The notes beneath the pieces were generated by a model. It searched no databases and was not told the origin of the DNA. It was given only the letters and a program-made list of their open reading frames with translations. A stretch of DNA of 63,273 bases, the filler included, from Reticulomyxa filosa (Eukaryota > Protista > Foraminifera), in NCBI GenBank assembly GCA_000512085.1. It is 16 parts of 16 records of this genome, joined end to end, with 100 filler letters (N's around TTAATTAATTAA, not from the genome) between each part and the next. Parts side by side here need not be neighbours in the genome. Positions count along the whole stretch, not along the records: positions 48,124 to 60,297 come from ASPP01012253.1; positions 60,398 to 62,134 come from ASPP01011233.1; 14 more parts are not named here. One strand, 5' to 3'. A program made the translations under genes and the position numbers. Shown here piece by piece: positions 48,536 to 62,234 of the stretch (positions are counted from its first letter, which is position 1; each line of letters starts with the position of its first letter).

Positions 48536-51500
48536 TCGTTTTACTCACTTTTTAAAGTTTTTCCTTTGATTTTTTTTTCTTTTTCTTATAATTTTTTTTG
48601 TATGGCTTTTGTTGTCTTTGGGAAAACTTGGAGAAAAAGCCTTTAAGTTGTATGACCAAAATAAAATATTGCATCGTGTGGCAATTTTTTAGGGCATTAA
48701 ATTTGTGAGTTGTAATTTGTATAGTGTGTTCTTTGGTCAACCTAATTGAAGAATTTATGCAATACATACATTTGCAATTTTTGGCTTGATATGTCTTTTT
48801 TTTCCGACAAGACTATGTTAATTACCGAATTTTGTTTCGCACGTTTTCACATTGTAGACTATTCCAAAAATTTTTAGAAGGTATAACTTCAAAAAACGTA
48901 CAAAAAAATGTAGGATATCCGAATTGCCTCTGACACTGACATCAAAACAAAATTTTTATTTGCGAAGGAAAAGATTAACATAAAAAAAAACTGCAATTAT
49001 TTTTGCAGCATGGTAATACGTGATACAGGATAATTGAGGAGCTAAAACTTTCGTGATCTCCGCCGCAAACTTATATTTTCAAAAATTAATAAAGTGTGCT
49101 AAATACGTGCAACTGGTTTAAATTAGAAATCAAAATTATTGATTTATTTATATTCACTTGCTTTTTAAAATTACTACTTGAAAAGTTTAGTTTATGTTAA
49201 TAAGTGAACTCAAGTAGATCTTACCATTATACCTTTAATCTTCCGACAAACAAAGTGCAAAAAATAAAATATTTTTGCCGATAATCATAAGACATTGCAC
49301 TTCATCACCCGCTTATGGTTATTATTTTTTGCAGAGTTTCGTTCAGGCCACAATTGGTCACGAGCACGTGTGATAAGTTTTCCCAACAAATTAAGATCAT
49401 TCAGTTTTTTTTGCCAGCAGCCTTTTTATTGTTTAATGCCAATCTAATCTCACATATCTTATCCGACAGTGAGATCGCTACAAGCTTCGAACAGCAGTGT
49501 TGATAATATTCTTGCCAAAATTTTTTACTTTTCTTCCAACAGCTTTGCACACTTGAACAACTCCCGCGTCGTCTTCATATGTGCTAGTATCAATATCTTA
49601 CAATTTTTTATAACACAAACACAAAAGCAACAACTTCGATATACTTGTCGAATAAATATAAAACATGTTGTGTGTAAATATAAAGTATTGTATGGAGATT
49701 ATTCAACGAATATGCTTGCTAAAGCAACAATTATAATACAATAACATTTTTATCGTTTGTACACTTGCATCACATAAAAACATGAAAAGCTTTTATTTAA
49801 TGGATATAATAAAAGACAAACTTGGTGACACAAACGCATGACATTTGACAATTGTACAATGAGAAACAGTTGTTGGGTTTGAACATATAAATACATTTTT
49901 CCTAGTTTTGACTGCGAGTTATATATTTATACATATTTTATATATTATTTCTTGTTATTTTTTTAAATAAAAAAGTTTAACTTGCTGAATGTTATACAAT
50001 TTTTGAAGAAGTTTCATTCGTGAGTTCGAACGCATTAATCACGATCATTAACTACATGTGCGACAATTTGTTTTATTTGAGTAAAAAGCACGCGACATCC
50101 AAAAGAAAATAGTACAAATGATTTTGTTGAGTTATACTGATTTTAGACAAAAGTTATCATTGACAAATCTTTGATGTCACTGTCGCCAACTGAAGAGGCG
50201 ATTTTGGAGTCGGCGTCTTCATAGCGCAGTTGGTTGAAAGAGTATTTTTAGAATGGCAGGGTATGGAGACAATGGAAAGCATTGCGACTAATGTATTTCA
50301 TGAGCACTTTCATATATCTTGGCCAAGCGGTCAATTGTGTTAGCGAGACTGCGATTATTCGAAGAGAGTCGATTAATAGTAATACTGTTTCCAATAGGCA
50401 TTCGATTTGATTGACTATACATGGGAAAAACTCCAAACAACAAAAATTACATAAACAACTAAATTCCATAATATACAGTAAGGTAAAAAAGAAAGTTGAC
50501 ACCTAAAATGCCACATTATAGAGATGATTGTGTTTCTCAATGAAAAAACAACATTTAATCAAAATTTTTTTTTAAAATATCTACGAATAGTGCAGTTTTT
50601 AAATATCATTTTGGTTTTTTATTAAGTCTTTATAATTTTTCAAAATTTTATTCTTTCATTTGATTTGTTAAAAAAGTTGACAATAGTGTTTTTCTCGTAG
50701 TCATGAAATTTGACAATCTTTTTTCAGAAATATTGATTGACAATTATTAGATGGAAGTTCCATAACAAGAAGAGCAAAATTTGGTGATAGAAGCATTTTA
50801 GTCACACAAACATGGATACAATGTGAAAAAAGATTAAGTAAGTCATTTTTGTCAAGAAAGAAATCTATTGCCTTGGATCTGGAGAAAAAAATGATAATAT
50901 TTTTCCTCAGATGTGAGAACGTTCAACAAAAGATGATTGATTTTCTTCATGAAAAAACAACATCCAGACATAATTTTTTTTATTTTAAAAAATATCTACG
51001 TGTAGAGCAAGTCTATATTATAAATATCTGAACGTCAAGGGAACGGATGAATTCCCAGTAGGTTAAACTTCATCAACAACTTACTTCTTACTTTCTTGTT
51101 TTTCTTTACTTTCCTTTTGTTATCTTATTTTATTATTTTAATTTCTTTCGTTTTACAAAATCAATATTCTTTTCTTAGTAAACATTTCTAGCATTTGCAT
51201 TCTACTGTATAAATGGACATGTCATTTTATGTTATCGTAAGTGTTATTTTTTAACTGTAAAATGTTCAGAAATTTGAAAAAATTTAATTTTTATACTTTC
51301 AAACGTTTAATAAAAAACATTTTTTGTTTTCAAGTTCGTAAATACACGTGTTTTTTGTTATATGTGCAATTCTTACACAAATTATTTTACAATTCCAATA
51401 ATAGAACGGTTATCAGTTATATTTGTGAAATTCTTGCTTTTAAAACTTGTAATCAAATGTAATGTTAAAAAACAGAAATATGAAAGTTTAGTAGTTAATG

Positions 51501-51663
51501 AAAAATTTAATATCTCCAACCATTTTCCAAAAGGATACACCATAATTGATTGACTTCTTCAGGTCTTACAATGGTTAACTTTATGAAGTGGACCTAAAGA
51601 TAAAAAAAGAGATGCCAATGTAACAATGACATGCCAATTTTTTTGTAAAAACAACAATCACGT

Positions 51664-53887
51664 TTATTTTTGCCCATATGCTTTTTGCCAAGCGTTTGAT
51701 AAACGCGAAGCCTCTTCTGGATGGTTTTTATGCATTTCCGCAGAATCTTCTGCCCAACACATGAACAGTGCAACTACAGCAGATCGAATGACCAACATCA
51801 CCGCCCAACACAAAAACAATCCGATAAAAAACCCAAGCACTGCAGTTCCCCAACCAAGTTCACTGGGAATGCCGTCCATTGATTTCGACATTAAAAAACC
51901 GATTATTGCTGTCACAATAGCACCAATAACAGCACCACAAGATAAAGCAAATCCAGTCTATTTTTGTTATTTTTGGAAGATGGATCTCTTTTAATAGTAA
52001 CATTTGAAACTGTCGCCAAAAAAAAAAAAAGAGTAAGTTTATAACTAAGTCATCATTGATCCACATGTCCAATCCTTTTGTCTGCAGCAAATTCCAAGTG
52101 TTTCTTGCGGATGTGAAGTAGGCTGTTTTATATGTATTCCTCTTTTAAAAGAAAGTAAGTAAGCAAAGAGATGATAAGAAAAAATAAGGAAAAACGAACA
52201 AGAGCCATAAATAGCGATTTGAGCGAACACATAAGTGTTAAACCATCGAATCAGATTTTCCACACAGGTCAGCAGACACGTCAAAATACACCCCAGCAAT
52301 GAATTGCGCTGTTGTTTGGACATGGATCGAACAGCGGCACGCAGCGTTTGTGCAACAGCCACGAGCAGTGATCCTATTCAGCAAACAACGGCCATTTGTG
52401 TGTTATAATCAATGTTTACTTCTGGACTCGCAAACAAAACCTACCCATACAAATGGATCCCAATGACTTGGTAATGGCATGACGAAAAGCAGTCCATGTC
52501 GGATTTGCGGAGGTTTGTTTTGTGAAAAACCAAACAGCAGCGACGCCGCAAACGGTCACATGAGAAATGTTTTGAAACACTGTTGATACATGTATGTATT
52601 GTATGGGCATATATATATAGATATTTTTTGGGCTGTGCGTGTGTATATGTGCATTGGAGACATGCCTTGCAAGGTCCAATAAAAGCACAAAATCAACAAA
52701 AAAGTGACTCCGCCATTGGCATGCACTCTAGTGACATAACCATAGACAAGTGCGCTCCACCAGACAATCCACGTGACCTTGCACATACATACACAAAGGA
52801 CAACAATGCAATCTATTTTTTTTTTTTTTTTTTAATAAAAACGAAAATCAAAGTCAAAACTTGGAAAGCGACGATTGTCAATTGGAGCCAGACCGTGGCC
52901 GTATTTTTTTGGATGACGCAACTGCCAATTTCCTTGATTGTGTTATTTACGTATGTGCTTTTAAACACTATGCAATACGCCAGGACACGAAAAGCGTACA
53001 CACGCACATACATACCAACAACGTCGATGCCAACGGGATGCGATGTCGAACGAAGTAAACATACAATGCAAACGATAAAAAAGATAGCAAGCATACAACT
53101 CCCACTCCAATTTGGCCCAATCCAAAGTAGACCACCGTCGCGACCAACCACAATACCACTGCACATACACACACACACACACATATATAAGCTGTGTATA
53201 ATGTGTACAAAAAAAAGGTTGAGACAAAACAGCTGCCATAGAGCATGATCTTTATGATTTGGGAGGCCCATCTATGTGATATATCATCCCATTCAATATT
53301 CCCCAAACCACCTTTGCTTCAAAAAAAAAAAAAAAAAAAAAAATTGTTGTGTTTTGAATCGAAACTTTTTCAAACACGTTGTCCACATGAAACCACACAG
53401 AATTGCAACGGCGCTCAATGTAAACAAAACGCCGACAAATTGCTTTGCACCTTTATTTGTTTGCGTTCTCAAATGGCTTGTGTGACCATCTTTATACACA
53501 CTTATCAATGCATACAACATCACTGCCATCATCTCCACCCAGGCCACCAATGGCAACATGTCATTCCATTGGCGGTTTTTATAGTTCATTCGAAGACCAT
53601 ATTCCGATTCTCCACAACCAAAATTGTCATTTTCCTCTTCTTTTTTTACTATCTTTGCTTTTGATACACCTTGTTCTGAGAACGGAGCCTCTTCTTTCTG
53701 TTTTTTGTGTTGTTCCATAGTCTGCATTCGGAATGCCTTTACAACACACAGACAGAACATGAACCTCAAGTGTTAAAGGCTGATGCTCGTAGAATTCTGA
53801 AGTATTCACTGACGGCTCTTCCGTTGCATTTTCTTCCAGGCGTTGATGAGCTTTCAAATTTGGATATAATGTTTTCTTTTCTGCCAT
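51664..53887 (-). CDS. Choline transporter-like (SLC44/PNS1) membrane protein, many exons
   Basis: RHRIPLASTLL, YWTLQ|VFQNISHVTVCG, KSLGSICMGSLLVA, IRWFNTYVFAQIAIYG, INDDL, RSAVVALFMCWAED. Confidence 0.88.
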
Positions 53888-54317
53888 TTAATGACCTCCA
53901 CGGTTCAAAGTTGGCCAACAGAATAGGGGTTACTTTTTGTAAAGCACTATTTTTAACATACAAAACCAGCTTTTACATGGCCCTCATGAAGTGGCCAATT
54001 CCTTAATGGCTCTTTATAGAAAACGTACTCTCAGCGTGTAATATGTCTTTAATAGCATGAAAATAGCTTAAGGAATAATTTGTAAAATTATAAAGACATT
54101 AAATTCGATATAACACTTCAACCAAATCGAGTGACTACTTCATCTTGTACACATCATTTTTTAATTATCCTGGTTAATACAGAGTACTCCTAAAACGACG
54201 CACAGTAACTTTTGAAGGGACAACAAAACTAAAAAACAGCATTTTCAACAGATAACAGTTTCCGAGGGGAAAAAAATTCAGTAAGGCAGAAACGAGTAAT
54301 AGACTCATTTCACCTTA

Positions 54318-55738
54318 ATGGCACAAGGTATGGGTCTTTTTTTTTTTTGAAATTTCGAAAAAGTTTGCAAGGTGAACAACACAAATCAATACACACAGAG
54401 AGCGAAAATAATGGTTCAGTGTACCCAAATCTAAATGAACCTTCGAGAGAACAAGAAACGCCGGGCGGTGCAGAGACAGGAGTGCAGGTACACGCACCAA
54501 GTGCACCTCCTGAGAACGAGATGATAGACAATGAGAGTTACTTGATGGAACCAGGAGCAGGAGCAGGGGCAGGGCCGGCGGAAGACCACAAAGAAGAAAA
54601 AGTGACCGACGACGGAGGGGAATATCCAATGATGGAAGGCATGATGACCGACGAGGGCTTTGCAGCAGAAGGTGAGGTGAACCTGGCACCAGAAGGCAAA
54701 CTAGCTCTCCCCTCAGCCGTCGTGGCCATCCCGACCCTGTCAGGGATACGTAGTGAAAACTTTAATTCGAATGCCATATGCGAACGAATACACAAGGTCA
54801 GCAGCAAATGGTTCCAAAAAAAAGTGAACATTGTACAGTGCTTAATTGACGAACTGTGTGTATTAAATGAGCCACAAAGACTGGAAGTGGTTCAATTATA
54901 TTCCAAAAAAAATAAAAAGAACAATTTGGCGAAATTGATCCGCGCAAATACGAAAGACTGTTTGCGAGACGTTCTCTTGGCGTTGACAATACCACGATGT
55001 GAGTATGACGCCCATTGGCTCAATGTGGCATTGCGAAAGAAATCAGTGAATTTGTTAATTAACATTCTTTGCGCAATGTCTTCGGAAGACGTGAAAAAGG
55101 CACGTCTCGCGTACGATGCACTTTATCCCAAAACCTCTTTACTCAAATCTGTGTTGGACCGAACGAGTGGATGGTTTCATAAACGCACGGTCCAGGTATT
55201 CTTTAGCAACCTGTTGGAAAAAGGGAGACCGAGTGATTCTGACCCCATTGACAAAAGTCTTATTAGCAAAGACGCTGAAACTTTGGTAAAGATATCGAAA
55301 AACACCAAGTTGGACAAGGCCTCGTTTGTTGAAATATTCAGCTTGCGAAGCTTTGAACACTTGGCTGCTGTGGCTGTTGAGTTTCAACGCATTTGCGAAG
55401 GCAAGGATTTAATCAGTGTTATCAAAGAGTCTTTCAAAGAGCAAAGTGAAACGGGATATGCTTGCAATGTCACTTTGTTTTATGCCACTCGTCGAAATGA
55501 ATTGTTTGCAGATTTTCTGACTAAAACCATCGCCAAGCCTGGAAAACATTACGATATGCTCACTCGCATTGTCGTCAGCCGTTCCGAAGTCGATTTGTAC
55601 AATATTTTACAATGCTATGGTCACGACAAATTTCGTGAATGGACCAACAAAGAATTTGCATCCAGCAACCGCTTTTATGGAAAAGTTGTTCATCATTTGT
55701 GCGGATTTCAAAACCAACCCACCGAAAAGAAAAAGTAA
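54318..55738 (+). CDS. Divergent annexin with a long acidic N-terminal tail
   Basis: ATG 54318, then a 44-nt intron (54328-54371). Annexin repeats EYDAHWLNVAL, LLINILC, DAETL, FVEIFSLRSFEHL, LTRIVVSRSEVDL. Confidence 0.88.
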
Positions 55739-57626
55739 CTTTCTTGCTTTGATAAATACTTTTTTGTCATTGCGCTGTTTATGCTTCTGTTACTTACTTC
55801 AACATTGTTCTTCTTGTCGTCTATACTAACACTTAAATATTAAACTTCTTATTTTGGCAAAACCTCTTTGTGTTTGTCCATTAATTAGTGTTCATTTTCA
55901 CGATCCTTCTTTTTTTACTATCCCAATTTGTAGACAGCAGTATCCATGAGTTTCATCATCCGCATAACAATTTCTTTTAAAAAAGTTAGTTTGAAGTTTA
56001 GAAAATGCAATTACGGTGTGAACAAAACAAAATGTACCCCAACAATCGCTAACTTACTTGTGAGACTAACACAAAATTACAAGAGCGTACATTGAGAATT
56101 GGCAAAAGGGAACTCAGAATGTTTAAGACAGCTGAACAATGTATCGCCTCATGATAGCGGCTTACTTGAAAGGACAAGTAAAACGAAAAATTTTCACTAC
56201 TGGTGAAAGCATTGCATCAATTAGACAAATGATCTAAATAAGAACGCCAACATTAACACGCAATCTTTCTACCCTTTTTAAAATGATAAGAATTTCCCAA
56301 GTTAAAGAAACAGAGTTGCGAAGTCACACAAAACAAGTGTATTTTCGAAATTCCCCTTAACAGTGGATTTTGGCGTGGGGTTGGAAATTAAATGACTGTA
56401 AATAATTTACTGCAAAAAAATGTACAACGATTTATCATATTTAAAAACTATATTTGTGCGCATGTGAAAATTTGTTATTCGCAAAAATCTTTGAAAATGG
56501 AATTAAACAACTCTTGAACTCCTTCATTATTTTTGGCTGATGTTTCAAAATATCTATTTTTTTATGTGTTCAACAAGATTAATTAATTATTTTAAAAAGA
56601 AATTGGTTTAATTACATAACTTAATATTATTTTGTTTGCTCCATTTCTTTATATTTTCAAGAGAATGTTCACCAATTTGATCTTTCTAGATAAATTATTA
56701 ATAGTTTTATTAATGTATATTATTATCGAAGACAAGCAACAAATATATAACCACGCCCCGAACCTTAGTGATGACAGTATAAATGTTTGTGTCGTCTCTA
56801 ACCCCATAATCTCGACTTTCTTTTAGCCACTTTGATAAATGCTCTAATGAGACCTTATCTGCTGCACTTGCCATTAAGATCAACTATCATCGATGTTTTT
56901 TAATTTGTGCTGACAAAAAAAAAAGAAAGAAAAAAGAACTGCTTGAGTATTTGCATAAAATGCTTCACGAATATCTTTGAATTTGGCGTCTCCAGAAAAG
57001 TCCCAAAAATCTACTTTAATGTTATGCTGATCATTCAATTTAAATAATTTTGTTCCATAATCTACGCCAATCGTGGGTTTATATTGTTGATAAAACTATT
57101 TGTTTTCGACAATTATTTAATCAATTATAATCTTTTTTAAATACACTGCATTACCTTTTCTTCGCAATATCTTTTAACAAGACAACTTTTTCCTACACAT
57201 GTATCACCAATTGTCAACAATTTAATTCGTGGGACACTGTTGCTTTGCATGACAGGTTTTTATTATTAATTCTACTTGTGCATGGAAATCTTTAATGAAA
57301 ATAATGCTCATAATTGCTTAGTCGTCAATTTTACCCAAAATAAATGTAGCACAACAAAGAAATAAGATACTTATTTTGTTCATTTTATTGAATGACATTA
57401 TTTATTCTTAAAGATTTTATTTTTGAAAAAAGAGTGAAAAATATGGTGTTCAAAGGTTGAGTTTTTAAACTTAAGTTTGCCCAAATACGTTTGGAGGGTG
57501 AATAGTTGGCGTCGGTATATACAGTCTATCGAACTCACCCTAAGATATGCAAGTATGCATTTTGTGGAGTTTTCATTAGATAATACCACACTCAAAAACA
57601 AACAGCTGAGTTCTTCTGTGTGACAC

Positions 57627-59870
57627 ATGCAGACGAACTTTTTGCAAAAGCTTAAAGGAAAGATCAACAAAAGTCAAACAACAAAATGTTTTGTTGTCCT
57701 TATCTTTGATTCTATTTTTTTTCGTGTTGTGTGGTTAAATCGCAGTTGAGAAAATTTATCAACAACACACAGCGGAACCGGGAGTAAATTCAACTGGCAG
57801 TACAACCACAAGCAATGAAGAAAGCAAAAAAAAAAATAAAGAGAAACGTCCCAAACAAGGGACACTAGCAAGCCCTCACGCATCTCCTCAAAGTTTTGTG
57901 TACGTATAATTAGTTGAAAAAAGCAACATACTAATAGTGCGCGCAAACATTCAGAATCGATGCAAACAAATGATTTATTGACACAACTTCCACCAATACG
58001 CGATGCTGCGACACAAGAAAAAAAGAAAGAGCTATTTATAAAAAAACTCTATCTTTGCTCCATCATTTGTGACTTTCATAATGATGTCAGTTTTGTTTTG
58101 TAAATTTGGGAGAAACTCTTTTTCGCTAGGATTTACGTACAAACAAAATACTTTAAAAAAGGGGATTTGTAAGAAGCGAAGGGACAAACAAACATTTTTG
58201 AGGAAGTGAGACCACTTGAAAGAAGAGAGTGCTTGGACAAAACATAGGACAAGGTTGAGACACTTGCACGTGAGCGCAAAAGAGAAATATTGGTAGAATT
58301 GATCGACCACTTGTCAACTTCACGAACATGGGCATCAGAGGACTCTCTGAAAGCAATCATCCATATGATCAATAGCAACTTATTTCGTCCATTGCCTCCT
58401 TCTTTGTATGGAGAGGAGGGATTCGATCCTGAAGAAGACGAGCCAACACATGACCCCGCTTGGTGAGAAAATAAGATTTTTTTTGTTTGGAAATAAAATG
58501 ACCAGAAAATTCCACATATAGCGGAGTTTTTTGTTTGATTTTTAAAGTTTGTGTTGCAAATTTACACAAAACAACGCTGAAGTGCACAATCCAAGTCGAT
58601 GTCATTGTACTTTTGAGTGAAATGTGTATTTTGAAAATATAGGGTCCATTTGCAATTTGTCTACGAGTTTCTATTGCGCTTTATTGTCAGCAATAACACT
58701 GATTTAAAGTTATTAAAAAAATTTATTGATCGGCGATTTTTATTGTCGATCATTGATTTATTTCAATCGGAAGATCCAAGAGAACGTGATTATCTAAAAA
58801 CAATTCTGCATCGCATTTATGGAAAATTCATGCATTTTCGGTCTTTCTTGAGAAAAGCCATCAGTCATGCTTTCTTTGTGGTTATTTACAATCAAGATAA
58901 ACATAATGGCTTGGCCGAATTGTTGGAAATTTTAGGTTGGTTTTTATAACTAATTACTTCTGACTTTATTTATCGTTTTTTTAAATGCCATAATTTGTTT
59001 GGTTTTATTTTGAATATAATAAATACAAACGAATGAAGGAAGTATAATAAACGGATTTGCGACACCATTGAAAGAAGAGCATGTGAGCTTTTTGCGAAGT
59101 GTATTGATGCCATTACACAAAGCGAAAGAATTGGGTCAATTTCATGCTCAATTAGCATATTGCGTTGTGCAATTCATTGAAAAGGATCCCACGCTTACGT
59201 CAATGGTTGTCAGTGGTCTCTTGAAGTTTTGGCCGATTACATCGTGCAGCAAAGAAATACTCTTTTTGAGTGAATTAGAAGAAGTGTTAGAGTTGACCGA
59301 ACAAACTCAATTTCTCAAACTAGTTGTTAAGGCCACATTTATTTTTCTTTTTTCATCCTTTTTTAAAAAAATCATTTCAATATGTATTCACATAAGATCC
59401 TTCATCCCATTTTCTCTCTGATCATTCTCATAGAACCCGCTTTTTTATCGCATTGCTGCTTGCATTGGCAGCACGCATTTTCAAGTCGCTGAGAGGGCTT
59501 TATTTTTGTGGAATAACGACACCGTTGCTACGTTCATGAGTGACCATAGACAAATAATCTTTCCTTTACTCTATCCTGCATTGCACAACAACTTGGAAAC
59601 TCACTGGAACACAACCGTCCATCAACTGACCCAGCATATTATGCAACAATTCAAAGATATGGATGGGGCGTTATTTGAAAAAGTCGAAAAGCAATTCCAA
59701 ACAGACAAAGTTAACTCCAAACGAATTTTCTTGAAATAGATTAAACTTAGACAAAACAATTACAGGAAGCGAAAGAAGAAAGAAGAAAACAGAAATGGAA
59801 AGCACTGGAGACACGCGTTCAAACAAAAGAAATAGGCAATACATCCGCTCAGCTTAAAGTGTCAGAATAA
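57627..59870 (+). CDS. Protein phosphatase 2A regulatory subunit B' (B56), multi-exon
   Basis: [72 protein letters not shown] probable homopolymer indel in the N-terminal exon (~57830). Confidence 0.95.
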
Positions 59871-60397
59871 ATAAAACAATATACTTTTTTTGCCTCGCCT
59901 CTTTCTACTAAAAAAGGAAACATAAGATCTACCTATTTCTTTCTGTGTAAAATTTTTGGTAACAAGATTTTAACAAGTCTGTTTTTTAATAAGCATTTAT
60001 CGTATGAACGTGCGTAGTCCTTTGTCCGTAATTGCTACTTTATTTTTTTATGTACGTTACGAAGTCGAATATATTGATATGCTATACGCAATTCCATGGT
60101 GGTTCCGCAAATATAATTTATTTCAAAACATTGATTTTACTACGTCGCCAAAGAAGTGCTTTTGGCGCAAATGTTATGACAGCACTTTCTCCTCCGGCTT
60201 ATCGTTTCGTTTTTTTTTCTCCAAAGGGACGGAAAAAAAGAAACGATCAAGTTGTAGGGGAAGTCCCTATTATAAATTCCCAACTACTAACGGAACGNNN
60301 NNNNNNNNNNNNNNNNNNNNNNNNNNNNNNNNNNNNNNNNNTTAATTAATTAANNNNNNNNNNNNNNNNNNNNNNNNNNNNNNNNNNNNNNNNNNNN

Positions 60398-60457
<60 letters not shown>

Positions 60458-60483
60458 TAATAATAATAATAATAATAATAATA
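60398..60483. repeat. (AAT)n microsatellite at a contig end
   Basis: ~28 AAT units. Similar (AAT)n, (TA)n and poly-A tracts end many of the contigs. Confidence 0.95.
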
Positions 60484-60521
60484 TGTAAATATAGAACACG
60501 TTTTTAATTGAAATTGAGAAA

Positions 60522-61958
60522 TTGAAGAAGGATACCAAAGGCAAACTGAAGGCAATTCAGATACAAGATGATGAAAATGCAAAAATGAAAGAAACAATCC
60601 AGAAGCATTTGCAGACCATTCAATCGAACGAAAGACAGCTTTTGGAAAAAGAAAATGAAATGAAAAAGATGCAAAGACAACATCAAGAAGGGATAGTCAA
60701 GCTGTATGCCGATATGGAGACGATAAAGAATGACTGTATTGAAAAGGAAAAGCAAACATCAATCTACTATCAGTTGATACAAGATTTGAAAGAAAAGAAT
60801 GCAAAACTGACACAAGGTTGTAAAAATGCAATTGAAAGCAAAAATCCGGAACAAAGAGAAGAAATTGAATTGATGAATCAACATTCTTCTTCTTCTTCTT
60901 CTTCTTTTTCTTCTGTTGTAAATTTTGATTTATTTCGTTCTGCTAAGTTACTTAAGACTTTTCATGGACATACTTCTGCAGTGTCGAGTATTGCTTATTT
61001 ATCATTGCGTGATGAAGAATTCCTTTGTTCTGGATCATTGGACAAAACGATTCGCGTATGGGATATGAAAACCACCAAACAGGTCAAAGTGTTGAATAGA
61101 CATCTCGAGTGTGTGTGGTGTGTGAAATTTTCATCATATCATTATCACGACAATTGTCGTGTAACCATTTGTTCGGCGAGTGACAAAGTCATTCAGTTTT
61201 GGGATTTGAAAACGAAAACGGTGATCCAATCATTTACTGAACATATCAATACAGTTAGCAGCATTGAATTTTCACCATTCAATCGTGGTCGATATTTATG
61301 CTCTGGGTCATTCGATACAACCGTTCGTCTATGGGATATCGATCAATATATTGTATTGCATACCCTCAAAGGACACACCGACGACGTTTTGTGTGTTGAA
61401 TTTTCACCATTGCAAAGCAGTGCCAATGATAACCATAAAAGTAATGGCATTGGCATCATTGGTGGCAATGGATATACCATTTGCTCTGGATCATATGATA
61501 AAACTATTCGATTATGGGATGTCGAAACAGCAAAAGAGTTGACTGTATTTAAAGGACATGACGACACACTATGGAGTGTAAAGTACTCTCCATATGGATC
61601 GGACATTGGAGGCAGTAGTGGAAATATAATTTGTTCTGGATCGTGGGATAAAACGGTTCGCTTATGGGATATTCGATCCAAAGGACAAATTCAAGTGTTC
61701 AATGGACATACCAATTATGTCACTTGTGTTGATTTTTCACCATTTACACACATCATCTACTCTGGATCAAATGATAATACAATTCGCTTTTGGGATGTTC
61801 GAACAACGAAACAAATGCATATCATCAATGGCAATGCACGTGATGTGGAGGTGTCATGTCTTTTATTTTATTCGCCAAAAAGTAAGATCAACAATAGCAG
61901 CTGTGGCGATATCTTATGCTATGGGTCAACTGGTGGCTCCATACATATGTGGGGATAG
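60522..61958 (+). CDS. Coiled coil + WD40 protein, 3' exon (same amplified family as 1984-3683)
   Basis: Coiled coil, poly-Ser, then ~7 GH..WD repeats with the family signature [24 protein letters not shown]. Confidence 0.9.
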   Translation: MKKDTKGKLKAIQIQDDENAKMKETIQKHLQTIQSNERQLLEKENEMKKMQRQHQEGIVKLYADMETIKNDCIEKEKQTSIYYQLIQDLKEKNAKLTQGCKNAIESKNPEQREEIELMNQHSSSSSSSFSSVVNFDLFRSAKLLKTFHGHTSAVSSIAYLSLRDEEFLCSGSLDKTIRVWDMKTTKQVKVLNRHLECVWCVKFSSYHYHDNCRVTICSASDKVIQFWDLKTKTVIQSFTEHINTVSSIEFSPFNRGRYLCSGSFDTTVRLWDIDQYIVLHTLKGHTDDVLCVEFSPLQSSANDNHKSNGIGIIGGNGYTICSGSYDKTIRLWDVETAKELTVFKGHDDTLWSVKYSPYGSDIGGSSGNIICSGSWDKTVRLWDIRSKGQIQVFNGHTNYVTCVDFSPFTHIIYSGSNDNTIRFWDVRTTKQMHIINGNARDVEVSCLLFYSPKSKINNSSCGDILCYGSTGGSIHMWG

Positions 61959-62234
61959 ATTTAATTCCTCACAGCATATAATATTCTTCATCTTGTTTTT
62001 TATTCAAAATTTACACAAGTATTGTAAGTCAATTGGAATCAGTTTTGAATTTAAATTAATCTTTTTGTACAAAAGTACTTTTTTTCATTTGTGTCAAACA
62101 TAATTTGAAAGATTTCCGTTTGCTTTTTTTTTTTNNNNNNNNNNNNNNNNNNNNNNNNNNNNNNNNNNNNNNNNNNNNTTAATTAATTAANNNNNNNNNN
62201 NNNNNNNNNNNNNNNNNNNNNNNNNNNNNNNNNN

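Noticed and set aside
58130-58136. 7-nt micro-exon in the B56 gene (TAG|GATTTAC|GTAC)
   Set aside because: Including it breaks the frame. A single ~160-nt intron gives the expected B56 spacing.
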